From: an uncultured Chromatiaceae bacterium
Lineage (GTDB): Bacteria > Pseudomonadota > Gammaproteobacteria > SZUA-140
Direction: 5' to 3'
Assembly (NCBI GenBank): GCA_964605155.1
Contig: CAZSAK010000001.1
Coordinates: 150,124 to 214,123 of the forward strand
Length of the DNA stretch: 64,000 bases
Shown here: in pieces, positions 8,992 to 18,584 of the stretch
Position numbering within the stretch: position 1 is the stretch's first letter
Layout of the letters: every line of letters starts with the position of its first letter
Program-made: the position numbers and the translations under genes
The notes under the pieces: generated by a model
What the model saw: only the letters and a program-made list of their open reading frames with translations
Told to the model about the DNA's origin: nothing
Database searches by the model: none

Positions 8992-10050
8992 ATGAATAAA
9001 ATTATCGGGTCTTGGGCAATCATCAGTCTGCTGTCGTTACCGCAACTATCCATGGCCGAGATGGACATTACCGGTATCGCGCATCTGTCGGTTGATGTGA
9101 CCGATGATGGCAGTAAATCTTCCCCCGGCAATGATCCGGATGGCGTGCAGGTCGTCAGCCACAAGTCCCGGATTGCCTTCAGTGGTGATGAGGAGCTGGG
9201 CCCCGGTCTGGCGTTTATCTGGCAATACGAGGCGGTGTTCAGCGCGGATACGGGTGCTTTCAACGGCAATACCGATGACAATGACAACAGTATCGATACC
9301 TGGGACAGCTATATCGGTCTTGATGGCAGCATCGGCAGCTTCAAAGGTGGCCATATGGCGACACCCTACCGGCAGGCCACCGATCCGCTGGATATCTTCA
9401 TCGACACCACGGCCGATTTTAATTCCATTTTTGGCGTCAATCCCAACAGCACCAATAACCATGATCTGCGTGCATCGAATATCTTGACTTATCAATCACC
9501 TGATGAGAAAAAGCTGTACGGGTCCATTGCCTATATCGCCGACGAGGACCAGGATGGCGTGAATGAACCTGGATTGAGCCTGAGCGTGGTTTTTAATAAT
9601 CAAGTGCTCTATATGACAGCTGCCTATCAATCATTGAAAAGAGTGGGTGTGGGTGGCGAAGATGATAAGGCCATCAAGTTTGGAGGTGGCTGGGATTTCG
9701 GCCAGGGCACCAAGGTTGGGATTGTATGGGAGTCCCTGGACGCCGGTGGCACCAATAATGACCGTGACGCCTACCAATTCAATATTTCGCATCTGACGGG
9801 GAATAATACCTTCAAGCTTGCCTACACCGTTGCGGATGATGTCGGGGGGGTGAGTGACAGCGGTGCGTCGAATATCGCCATTGGCCTGTTTCATGCTCTG
9901 TCCCGCTCCACCGAATGGTACGGACTTTACACAGTGACGAATAACGATACCCTGGTTGGATACGGGCTGGAAACCGTCCCGAATGGTGCCATAGGGGAGA
10001 ATGTATCGGCCTTTTCATTTGGCCTGAGACATGAATTCAACAACCTCTGA
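8992..10050 (+). CDS. General Gram-negative porin (OmpC/porin_4-like)
   Basis: Signal peptide. SRIAFSGDEELGPGLAFIWQYE, LRASNILTYQSP, LSRSTEWYGLY and the C-terminal FGLRHEF.. resemble classical trimeric porin signatures. Confidence 0.7.
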   Translation: MNKIIGSWAIISLLSLPQLSMAEMDITGIAHLSVDVTDDGSKSSPGNDPDGVQVVSHKSRIAFSGDEELGPGLAFIWQYEAVFSADTGAFNGNTDDNDNSIDTWDSYIGLDGSIGSFKGGHMATPYRQATDPLDIFIDTTADFNSIFGVNPNSTNNHDLRASNILTYQSPDEKKLYGSIAYIADEDQDGVNEPGLSLSVVFNNQVLYMTAAYQSLKRVGVGGEDDKAIKFGGGWDFGQGTKVGIVWESLDAGGTNNDRDAYQFNISHLTGNNTFKLAYTVADDVGGVSDSGASNIAIGLFHALSRSTEWYGLYTVTNNDTLVGYGLETVPNGAIGENVSAFSFGLRHEFNNL

Positions 10051-10325
10051 TTAAGTGTTGAGGCATGTTTTGCAGATATCGATGCGAACTGATTGTGTCC
10101 CTTCGATATATATCGGATTTCTTAACACCGGCAGTGTGATCTTTGCCGGAGTCCTCGGGAAGCGTGTTGTATAGATAAATCAGTCTAACTCATGTAATGT
10201 CAGGCAAATACAGGGGTATACAGCGTGATAGCTAGGATTCATCTGACGAATATGCTATCTTATTGCTATTTAAAAAGAAAAGGTGATGGTGTGCCTACAC
10301 TAGAACACCGAGAGGGGCAGGGTTG

Positions 10326-11162
10326 ATGAAAAGATTTCATCATGAGGTCAAATCCTGGATCCGCGGCGCAGGATTCCTGTGTATTTTAACGTTTCTGAAC
10401 CACGCCGCCGTGGCCGGTATTTTTAATACCAAGCATAACCTTGGCAGCACCGGTATCAATGCCGCCAGTAATTTCAGCGGTACCAGTGAGATATGCGTGT
10501 TCTGCCACACACCTCATGGCGGTGATGCGTCCGCAGCCGTGCCCTTATGGAACCGTCATCTGGATCCCAATGGTTATCAAACCTATGACCAGCTCGGCAC
10601 CACCACCCTGGATGCAGCCATCGAACCGGTCGGTTCGGTGTCGATTGCATGCCTGTCCTGTCATGACGGGACACAGGCCATGGACTCCGTGATCAACGAA
10701 CCGGGTTCGGGAACGGATGTACCCGCATTCTCAAACGGTATCTGGAGTGGCCAGGCGGCGTCAGTTAACGGACGGTTGGGTCCGACCACTGTCATTACCA
10801 ATATCGGCAAGGACCTGACCAATGACCATCCAATCGGCGTGCAATTCGCGGGTGGCGGGTATTCAGCGTCAAACCCCGGCGGACCGGGTTCGGATTCCGA
10901 TTTTCATCAGGCGGATACCAAGTTTCTGGGTACCACCCGGATATGGTGGGTCAACACCAATACGGAGGGCGCTACCAGCGATTTTGAAAAGACCGATATG
11001 AAGCTATATACCCGCATCGGAACAGTCGGGGTGTTTCCGGGAGAGCCACAACCGTATGTTGAGTGTGCTTCCTGCCATGACCCTCATGTGGACTACAATC
11101 CGACGTTTTTACGCATCGACCCTAGCGGCAGTGCAGTGTGTCTTACCTGCCACAACAAATAA
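10326..11162 (+). CDS. Tetrahaem c-type cytochrome (paired-CXXCH type)
   Basis: Signal peptide. Motifs CVFCHTPH, CLSCHDG, CASCHDPH and CLTCHNK. An N-terminal KHNL motif and LTNDHPI are shared with the cytochromes at 19646 and 55231. Confidence 0.85.
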   Translation: MKRFHHEVKSWIRGAGFLCILTFLNHAAVAGIFNTKHNLGSTGINAASNFSGTSEICVFCHTPHGGDASAAVPLWNRHLDPNGYQTYDQLGTTTLDAAIEPVGSVSIACLSCHDGTQAMDSVINEPGSGTDVPAFSNGIWSGQAASVNGRLGPTTVITNIGKDLTNDHPIGVQFAGGGYSASNPGGPGSDSDFHQADTKFLGTTRIWWVNTNTEGATSDFEKTDMKLYTRIGTVGVFPGEPQPYVECASCHDPHVDYNPTFLRIDPSGSAVCLTCHNK

Positions 11163-11331
11163 GCCCAGTACCATCTGTTAACCAGGTCGCAGTGGTTGGT
11201 TCGTCAGATTGCCATATGAAGATTGTTGGAACTGACAATCTCCAGGCACGGGAAGTGCATATGGTTTTGTATCCGCTATGGCGGCGAAAGGTTCGTCAAC
11301 GGGGACTGACAGCCGGACACCACATCGCGGC

Positions 11332-12333
11332 ATGAACGGGGGTATAAACCGGGCCTTTTTGTTGGTGGTTGTGCTGGCGGCCACGGCATCGGCGGGAGAG
11401 ATGCAAGGCCATGACGGGATTAGGTGGGAAAAGGCCCAATTACCGGAATCGGTATTTGCCATTGTGGGGGATGAGACAATTACTCTGGAACAATATCAAG
11501 TCAATCTTCATGCCAGTATCAAGCAACGGTTTTTTCACGGCAATATCCCACAGGACAAGCTTGATGCGCTGCGCGGTGAAGTTGCCGGCCAGTTGATTGA
11601 TCGCGTGCTGTTACGTCGGGAGGCCAAACGCCGCGGGCTCGCACCTGATTCTGCATGGGTCAAGCAACGCGAAGATGAGATCTCCCAGCGTTACCGTGCA
11701 AGCCCGCAGTGGGAGAAAAATAAACAAGACCTGCTTGCGACCCTGCGCGCGCAACTGGAGGAAGACAGTTTGATCGACCATCTCGAGTCCCTGGTCAAGG
11801 AGCAGGTTCCCGCACCGAGCGATGAAGAGGTGCATCGGTATTACAAAACGCACCAGGACAGGTTCACCACACCTGAAAGGATGCGCGTTTCAATCATACT
11901 GCTGAAGGTCGAGCCCTGGTCTCCAGATACGGCATGGCAGGCGGCTATTGATGAGGCGCGGCGGTTGATTGCGCAGTTACGCGATGGCGGCGGGCATGAT
12001 TTTGCTGAACTGGCACGGTTTCATTCGAGTGATGAATCCGCCGAGGCGGGCGGTGACCTGGGCTATGTACATAAAGGGATGTTGACTGACGAAGCACAGC
12101 AGGTCCTGGATAAAATGCATGTTGGTGATATATCGGAGCCTGTGCAGTTATTAAGGGGTATTGCAATCTTCCGTCTGGATGAACGCGACGAGCCTGTCCT
12201 GAATTCATTCGAGGACAGTGCAAAACGTGCGCAAGGCTTATTGATCAGGGAAAGAAAGGAGCAGGTATGGGGGGAATTTCTGGAAGCTTTACGCGCTAAC
12301 ACGCGAATCAGGGTGAATGAATCGATGCTTTGA
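11332..12333 (+). CDS. Periplasmic parvulin-type peptidyl-prolyl isomerase (SurA/PpiD-like)
   Basis: Signal peptide AFLLVVVLAATASA. The C-terminal rotamase core is HSSDESAEAGGDLGYVHKGML...VGDISEPV...GIAIFRL. Start chosen at MNGG (11332). Confidence 0.75.
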   Translation: MNGGINRAFLLVVVLAATASAGEMQGHDGIRWEKAQLPESVFAIVGDETITLEQYQVNLHASIKQRFFHGNIPQDKLDALRGEVAGQLIDRVLLRREAKRRGLAPDSAWVKQREDEISQRYRASPQWEKNKQDLLATLRAQLEEDSLIDHLESLVKEQVPAPSDEEVHRYYKTHQDRFTTPERMRVSIILLKVEPWSPDTAWQAAIDEARRLIAQLRDGGGHDFAELARFHSSDESAEAGGDLGYVHKGMLTDEAQQVLDKMHVGDISEPVQLLRGIAIFRLDERDEPVLNSFEDSAKRAQGLLIRERKEQVWGEFLEALRANTRIRVNESML

Positions 12334-12402
12334 GATTCATGCAACCCATATTGGAGGTTGTTCTGATAATAAAATATCGGCCATGCCAAAAGGCTGGAGC
12401 GG

Positions 12403-14175
12403 TTGACAATGAAAGCAACATACCAGATGAATGCGGGAAGACTTGATCTCAGGCTGTGCCCGTTGATGGTCATCGCGCTGCTGACGCCGTTGACATCCGC
12501 GGCAGAGGATATCGTCGATCTATCGGGGAGTGTCGGCTATACCTTCCGTTCACTCAGCAGTTCGGGTGATGACGATACTGTCAGCAACCAGTTGCGCGGT
12601 ACGCTTAACGCAAGATCCTACCTGTGGCAGCCGTGGTTTGCTACGGTAGATGCCCATGTCGCGATGACGCAGGATAATACCGAATTCGGCGATAACACGA
12701 CCAATGAAACCACCATTCTGACCGGCGATCTTGATCTCAACGTCATGCCGAAAAGCCGTGCCCCCTTTCAATTGCTCTATCGATCCAGTAACAGCCGTGT
12801 CGATATGAAGACCCGAGAAAGCCCGCTGACCACCCTGGGTGACAAGGAATATGAAACAACACGTCTGGGATTGAAACAGTCCTACTATACCGAGAAGGGT
12901 GACCGCTACCAACTGAGATACGACCTTAGCAACTGGTCGACGGACAGTGGCGCGAGTTTTGATGATAAACAGCTCGGTGTGGAAATAAACCTTCAGCGAC
13001 CCAAACAACGCCTGGTCGCGAGGACCAGTTACCAGATCACCGAACAATCACAAACCGACCGTGAATCCGATAATTTCGTCGTCAACGTCGACCACTTCTG
13101 GTATCCGTCACGCTCCCTGCGCGCCGACAGTATGTTCAACATTTACAACTCCGACGTGACATCCACGCAGCCGCCTCTGGGTACCAATCAGGGCGATTAC
13201 AACACCGACCTGTTGCAGTTGTCCAATTTCTGGTTCTGGCGCCCTGAAGACAAGCCGCTTACGGTCAGTGGTGGTGTCCGGTATTACGATCTCAGCGCAG
13301 ATACCACCGGCAACGAAACACAACTGCAAAGCGTCAATGCCACGGCCGGCATGTTTTATCAGTATTCCAAATACCTTCGTTTTGACGCCAATCTCGATGT
13401 ATCCACGATCGATAACGGCGAGGATCAGGCCGTTACCTCGAAGGAACGGGGCGGAGTACTTTACCAGTCGGATATACTGGATATTTTTTCAGGATTTACC
13501 TATCAGTGGTATGCAACCGGATCGGCTCAGAATCAGGAGACGGAGGATCTGAGTATCCAGAGTCTGGGGGCCAAGCTGGGGCATGATGCCAATAAACTCT
13601 GGATCATGGGAGAGGCATCGACCCTGCGGTTGAGCCTCAGCCAGTCCATTAACGAGAGCCAGCAGACAGGAGACGCCGATTCATCGATCCAGCGTCTCGA
13701 TAATTCCGCCAGTCTTGGTTGGGACCAGACGAAGTGGGGAGGGACCTCGCTCATCCAGTTGACGGTCAGGGACGGACGAGATTTCGGGGACAGCGACGCC
13801 GAGGAACAGTTCGTCAATTTCCAGGCAGTGCGAAACCAGCCCATCAATCGCAGCAGTTCACTGTCGGGAAACCTTACTATCCAGTCGGTGCACCGTAAAT
13901 TCACCGATACGGGCGAAGGCAATACCATTACTACCACGACTGGCCAGATAAATTACCAGCACTCCCGCATATTCGGGGTGATAAATCTGCATTTCTTGTC
14001 CGATCTGAGAATTTCCAAGGCTGCCAGCGACTTTACCTATGACAGGGCTGAATGGGAGAACCGATTGGACTATAATATCGGTCTGCTGGATATCAGCCTG
14101 AGTTGGCGCAGGATCGATACGGAAGCCGATGATTTTGATTTAGTATATGTACAGGCAACACGCCGTTTTGACTGA
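12403..14175 (+). CDS. Secreted 590-aa protein, predicted outer-membrane beta-barrel of unrecognised family
   Basis: Signal peptide ...LTPLTSA/AED. The mature part has no Cys. Alternating polar/aromatic dipeptide strands run throughout (YTFRS, LLYRSS, YQLRYDLS, FYQYSKYLRFDANLD), and the C-terminus is ...YVQATRRFD. Start is TTG 12403 or ATG 12409. Confidence 0.55.
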   Translation: MTMKATYQMNAGRLDLRLCPLMVIALLTPLTSAAEDIVDLSGSVGYTFRSLSSSGDDDTVSNQLRGTLNARSYLWQPWFATVDAHVAMTQDNTEFGDNTTNETTILTGDLDLNVMPKSRAPFQLLYRSSNSRVDMKTRESPLTTLGDKEYETTRLGLKQSYYTEKGDRYQLRYDLSNWSTDSGASFDDKQLGVEINLQRPKQRLVARTSYQITEQSQTDRESDNFVVNVDHFWYPSRSLRADSMFNIYNSDVTSTQPPLGTNQGDYNTDLLQLSNFWFWRPEDKPLTVSGGVRYYDLSADTTGNETQLQSVNATAGMFYQYSKYLRFDANLDVSTIDNGEDQAVTSKERGGVLYQSDILDIFSGFTYQWYATGSAQNQETEDLSIQSLGAKLGHDANKLWIMGEASTLRLSLSQSINESQQTGDADSSIQRLDNSASLGWDQTKWGGTSLIQLTVRDGRDFGDSDAEEQFVNFQAVRNQPINRSSSLSGNLTIQSVHRKFTDTGEGNTITTTTGQINYQHSRIFGVINLHFLSDLRISKAASDFTYDRAEWENRLDYNIGLLDISLSWRRIDTEADDFDLVYVQATRRFD

Positions 14176-14218
14176 ACGGCCCGGCTTTATAAAAACAATG
14201 ACGAGGAGATTGTTCGTT

Positions 14219-14698
14219 ATGCAACCCAATACCCTTCGGAACAGAGCATGGATAGGTGCGATCATCATCGGCCTGTTGGCCGTGACCGGCATTGTATTGT
14301 CACCCCAGCCGGCAAAGGCTGAATACGCCGATGTCGTGATCAACAATTTCGCCGATGCGGCAGGCATGCGCCCCGTCGTATTTCCTCACTGGTTTCACCG
14401 TATCCGATTTCGTTGCAAGGTCTGTCATGCCGATCTTGGCTTCAAGTTCAAGGCGGGTGGCAACAAGATCACCATGGCAAAGATCATCGACGGCAAGTTC
14501 TGCGGTGCCTGTCATAACGGGCAGATCGCCTGGTCGGTCGAGAATTGTTCTATGTGCCATTCGGGTATCCCCGGTACGCCGACCCACTTTTCAGGCAGCA
14601 CGGTGCAACGGCTGGTGGCTCCTGCTTACAAGCCGCTCAGCAGCAGCCCTGCCGCTACAAGTTCCACTAATACCGGTAGCAGCAATAACAATAAATAA
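14219..14698 (+). CDS. Membrane-anchored c7-type trihaem cytochrome with a Ser/Thr/Asn-rich tail
   Basis: N-terminal TM helix AWIGAIIIGLLAVTGIVL. VVFPHWFH...CKVCH...GKFCGACHNG...CSMCH is the c(7)-type trihaem domain pattern. GAGGAG lies 9 nt upstream of ATG 14219. Confidence 0.8.
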   Translation: MQPNTLRNRAWIGAIIIGLLAVTGIVLSPQPAKAEYADVVINNFADAAGMRPVVFPHWFHRIRFRCKVCHADLGFKFKAGGNKITMAKIIDGKFCGACHNGQIAWSVENCSMCHSGIPGTPTHFSGSTVQRLVAPAYKPLSSSPAATSSTNTGSSNNNK

Positions 14699-14710
14699 AG
14701 GAAGAGCGCC

Positions 14711-15466
14711 ATGAATGATAAAATCAAAGCAATTTCCTTTACCCTGACGGTACTGGTGTCCGCCCTCTCATGCAGCGCACAGAGTCAGGCCGTGGGAGGC
14801 ATGGATGGCAGTAAGCCCATGACGGCCGAGCAGGCCTATAAAGGTCTGGATTATGCCCCTGATCCCCGTAGTGTCGATGAAGTCGCACAGCCCGTCGTTG
14901 AAATCATTCACCTCGCCCAGGTGTCCGAAGCCAATACCTTCAATCAGAACCTGAAAAAACCGAAGGGCAGAAACCTGCCGCCGACGGAAGATGGCATCCA
15001 TGACCCGGCCAATGATGCAACTAGCGTGTTGCAGCCCCCCAAGGAGGCATACAAGGGTCTGCCCACCACCGAATTCGGCAATTATGTCGACTGGGTCAAG
15101 GCGCTGGATGAGGAAAAGATCAAGCCGCGCTGGGACCGCGTCAATCCGGATGAGGAACCCTTTGTTATGGATCTTGATATCGTACGGCCGGTAAAGGCAT
15201 CGGTTCCCGACGTGGTATTTCCTCATCGTCAGCACACCGAATGGCTGTATTGTTCAAACTGCCACCCGGCGATCTTCATACCGCAAAAGGGCGCAAATCA
15301 GATCAATATGTCGGCAATTCTGCTGGGACAGAAATGTGGCGTGTGTCATGGCAAGGTCTCATTTCCGATCTCGACACTGACCTGCAAGAAATGTCATTCC
15401 AAGCCCAAACCCGACGACTGGAAGCCGCCGCTTAGCGAGGCGACCTTGAAGAATCCCTGGAAATAA
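14711..15466 (+). CDS. Periplasmic c7-type trihaem cytochrome
   Basis: Signal peptide. DGIHDP motif. VVFPHRQHTEWLYCSNCH...QKCGVCHGKVSFP...CKKCH. Paralog of the ORF at 16902. Confidence 0.8.
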   Translation: MNDKIKAISFTLTVLVSALSCSAQSQAVGGMDGSKPMTAEQAYKGLDYAPDPRSVDEVAQPVVEIIHLAQVSEANTFNQNLKKPKGRNLPPTEDGIHDPANDATSVLQPPKEAYKGLPTTEFGNYVDWVKALDEEKIKPRWDRVNPDEEPFVMDLDIVRPVKASVPDVVFPHRQHTEWLYCSNCHPAIFIPQKGANQINMSAILLGQKCGVCHGKVSFPISTLTCKKCHSKPKPDDWKPPLSEATLKNPWK

Positions 15467-15483
15467 CTGGGAAATAGCCGGGC

Positions 15484-16848
15484 TTGTGTATTTTATCAGG
15501 GACGAACAACGTATTGCCGAGATGGTGTAAGCGCAGCGGCAACCTGCGCGGAAATATAGGCATACTTGTTGCGATAGCGCTGGTAACGATCAGCGCACGA
15601 GCGGCCGATGTCGGCGTACCGGAGCCTGAGCAGATATTTGTGGTGACTGTGGCCGAGAAGGATGCCACGCACCCCAATTTCGGGATCGGCAGCAAGCTGG
15701 GTATGGTTGTCGACGGCGTACAAGGAAAAGAGTTGATACTGACACGTGGCAAAACCTATGCGTTTAAAGTTGAAACCAACGTTCAACACGATTTTTATCT
15801 TACTACCAGTCCCGTCGGCCGGGGTGCCGAAGTGCTGACGGAAGGGGTGACCGGGAATTTTACCTATCGCGGCATTGTGACCTTTACACCATCCGGCGCG
15901 ACTCCGGATATCGCCTACTATCAGTGCCGGAACCACAAGGCAATGGGCGGCAAGCTGCATATTGTAGACCCGGGTGAAGAAGGCACGGTTGTTTTAGAGT
16001 CTGTGCAAAGTCGGGAAGAGGCACCGTCCGCTAATGCCGGCAACAATGAGACGTCAATCGTTAGTGAATCGCAGGTCAATCAAAAGATCAGCTTTGCGGA
16101 GATGTTCATCAATCAATCACAGGCGGCCAAACGCATTACCCAGGGGACCAATGCCGATGCCCTGGCCATATACCGGCAATCACAGGAAACCCTTGCTGCT
16201 GCAAGGGAGAGCGTTGACCTGGGCAATTTCGGTCAGGCCATGAGTAGCGTCGACGAGGCCTTGCGTCTGATGAGTGAGGCGTCACGGTTGGTACCAAGTG
16301 CCGCACAAATCGAAGAACAGCGCAGCCGCTTTGAGGAGTTGCAGGAAGGCGTCAAGACATTCGAGGCATCGTACACGAAAAACCTGCAGCGCCTGTCGGG
16401 CCAGGAAGGAAAGGATATCGATCGACTTGATCTCGAAGAGATTCATAAGATGGTGGATCAGGCGACCAGGCTTGGCAACGACGGCCAGTATGTCGAGGCA
16501 AACAGGCTGCTTGCCAGGGCGCAGAGAAACATTACTGCTGTCCTCAGTAAAATGCTCGACAATACCACCGTCGTATACGACAAGAATTTCGATACTCCGC
16601 TTGAAGAGTACGAATATGAGCTGGCCCGTTATCAGAGCTATGAAGAATTGGTTCCAATCGCAATCGAACAAAAACAACCATCGAAACGGGCTATTGAGTT
16701 AATGGATCAGTTTGTCGAGAAGGCCAAGGGCCTGAAGGATCAGGCCGATCAGGAAGCCGCAAGCGAAAACTACACGACCACGATCCAGATGCTCCAGGCG
16801 GCTACCGACCACTTGCAGCGCGCGTTACAGATTGCCGGTGTGAGATAA
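15484..16848 (+). CDS. Cupredoxin-like domain fused to an alpha-helical repeat region of about 270 aa
   Basis: Signal-like N-terminus. H(QHDFY)-X45-C-X2-H-X2-M in YYQCRNHKAMGGKLHIV has the amicyanin-type Cys-His-Met loop spacing. The C-terminal half is Ala/Glu/Gln-rich with three helical repeats of about 45 aa. No in-frame ATG lies near the N-terminus, so the start (TTG 15484, TTG 15514 or CTG 15544) is uncertain. Confidence 0.55.
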   Translation: MCILSGTNNVLPRWCKRSGNLRGNIGILVAIALVTISARAADVGVPEPEQIFVVTVAEKDATHPNFGIGSKLGMVVDGVQGKELILTRGKTYAFKVETNVQHDFYLTTSPVGRGAEVLTEGVTGNFTYRGIVTFTPSGATPDIAYYQCRNHKAMGGKLHIVDPGEEGTVVLESVQSREEAPSANAGNNETSIVSESQVNQKISFAEMFINQSQAAKRITQGTNADALAIYRQSQETLAAARESVDLGNFGQAMSSVDEALRLMSEASRLVPSAAQIEEQRSRFEELQEGVKTFEASYTKNLQRLSGQEGKDIDRLDLEEIHKMVDQATRLGNDGQYVEANRLLARAQRNITAVLSKMLDNTTVVYDKNFDTPLEEYEYELARYQSYEELVPIAIEQKQPSKRAIELMDQFVEKAKGLKDQADQEAASENYTTTIQMLQAATDHLQRALQIAGVR

Positions 16849-16901
16849 CGTGAAGCGGCTAGTGACGCCGCCGCTGTCCTAACAGGGGGACATATTTAAA
16901 T

Positions 16902-17519
16902 ATGAAAATGAATATGTTTAATAACCGCAGTCACCTCGTGTGGCTCTGTATGTTGTGCCTTGTCATGACAGCGGCTCTCAGGGCCGCGGAGAACAACGGT
17001 GATGGGCGGCAACAGTCGCAATCGAAGCTGATTTATTCCCGGGGACTGCATTTCCAGACAGAAGGCGAGATCGTACCTATTGAGAAGGACGGCATTCACG
17101 ATCCCGAGAATCCTGCGGTCAAGGTCCTGCAGGAACCCTATGAGGCGATGAAAAATTTCCCCAGAGATACACAAGGCATCATTGATTGGGTACAGGTATT
17201 GAGGCAGGGGCTGATCGATCCTCGCAAAAGCCTGACCGGCGAGGAACAGATGTTCCCGGTGGATTTCGACATTATCCTCAAGAATACCGGCTCCATGCCA
17301 CATGTCAGGTTTCCTCACCAGGCCCATACTGAATGGCTGACCTGTGCAAACTGTCACCCGCTTATATTCATACCACAAAAAGGGGGTAACCCCATTACGA
17401 TGTCAGGCATCATTCAGGGAAAATATTGTGGTGTTTGTCACGGCAAGGTTGCCTTTCCGCCCACGATGAATTGCGGCAGATGTCACTCCGTAGCCAATGA
17501 AGTCAACCTGATGCGTTGA
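16902..17519 (+). CDS. Periplasmic c7-type trihaem cytochrome
   Basis: Signal peptide. DGIHDPENPAVKVLQEP. VRFPHQAHTEWLTCANCH...KYCGVCHGKVAFP...CGRCH. Confidence 0.8.
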   Translation: MKMNMFNNRSHLVWLCMLCLVMTAALRAAENNGDGRQQSQSKLIYSRGLHFQTEGEIVPIEKDGIHDPENPAVKVLQEPYEAMKNFPRDTQGIIDWVQVLRQGLIDPRKSLTGEEQMFPVDFDIILKNTGSMPHVRFPHQAHTEWLTCANCHPLIFIPQKGGNPITMSGIIQGKYCGVCHGKVAFPPTMNCGRCHSVANEVNLMR

Positions 17520-17582
17520 TGTGAAGCAGCAAGTGTCAACATGTGTCAACGCAAGGTGCTGACTGACGAGCAGGCGAATGCA

Positions 17583-18563
17583 ATGAACAGATCAGCGACT
17601 ATCTTAATTATGACGGTCATCGTTTTCGCGATAGCCGGCTGCGCCTCATTGATGAATGCCCGGAACCCGGCGGCGAATGGTCAAAACAATGCAAACGCCG
17701 GACAGGTGGTTTTCTGGGAGACGATCGACGGCGGCACACAAGGCAATGCGGTGATCGGTGTCGATCATGTACGTTTTGTGCGCCCGGTTGCCGTTGCCGC
17801 GCGTGGAAATTTTATCTACGTGGTGGATGCCGGCAAGGACCTGGTGTATCGCTATGCTCGGGATTTCGGCACGCTTACCGTGTTGAAGGATTTACGCTCC
17901 GTCGTGGCGGGCGAAGTGCGGGATATATATGTCGACGGTGACCTGTCCTTTTATATCACCGATACCGACGGCGGACGCGTGCTGCATTTTGATCCTGACG
18001 GCAACCTGGTACAGGTATTCGAGGACAAGCGTAACCTGGCCAGACCGGTCTCGATCATCGTCGACGAGACCAGTGGCCTGATCTACATTGCGGATGGTTT
18101 CAATGACGATGTGATGATCTTCAACCGTCTGGGTGCATTGCAGGGCGCCATCGGAGCGCGCGGGACGGATGCAGGTGAATTTACCAATATACAGGCCATC
18201 GCCTCGGGGCCTGACGGCATCTACGTGGCATGTCGGCTCGGTCACCGGGTTCAGGAAATTAGTCGCGATGGCGACTATATCAAGTCCTTCGAAGCAAATA
18301 CCGTAACGTTTCCGCTCGCCATCGTCGTCGATCGGGACAAGCGCGCATTTGTCGCCGATTACCTCGACAATACCATCAAGGTCTACGCCGATGGCCGGCT
18401 GATTGACCGGCTTGGCGGTTCCGGCTCGACACCGGGACGCTTCAAGCGTATCACCGGGATGTGGCTCGACGAAGGGCAGTTGTATGTCGCCGACAGTCTC
18501 AACGAGCGCATTCAGGTGGCGCGCATCATGCCGTTGAACGACTCACAGGTTACCAATCCATGA
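17583..18563 (+). CDS. NHL-repeat beta-propeller lipoprotein
   Basis: Lipobox FAIAGC. Repeated NHL units such as IYVVDAGKDLVYRY, IYIADGFNDDVMIF, AFVADYLDNTIKVY and LYVADSLNERIQV. Start chosen at MNRS (17583). Confidence 0.8.
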   Translation: MNRSATILIMTVIVFAIAGCASLMNARNPAANGQNNANAGQVVFWETIDGGTQGNAVIGVDHVRFVRPVAVAARGNFIYVVDAGKDLVYRYARDFGTLTVLKDLRSVVAGEVRDIYVDGDLSFYITDTDGGRVLHFDPDGNLVQVFEDKRNLARPVSIIVDETSGLIYIADGFNDDVMIFNRLGALQGAIGARGTDAGEFTNIQAIASGPDGIYVACRLGHRVQEISRDGDYIKSFEANTVTFPLAIVVDRDKRAFVADYLDNTIKVYADGRLIDRLGGSGSTPGRFKRITGMWLDEGQLYVADSLNERIQVARIMPLNDSQVTNP

Positions 18564-18584
18564 TGTCCGGATAATTGTCAAATC

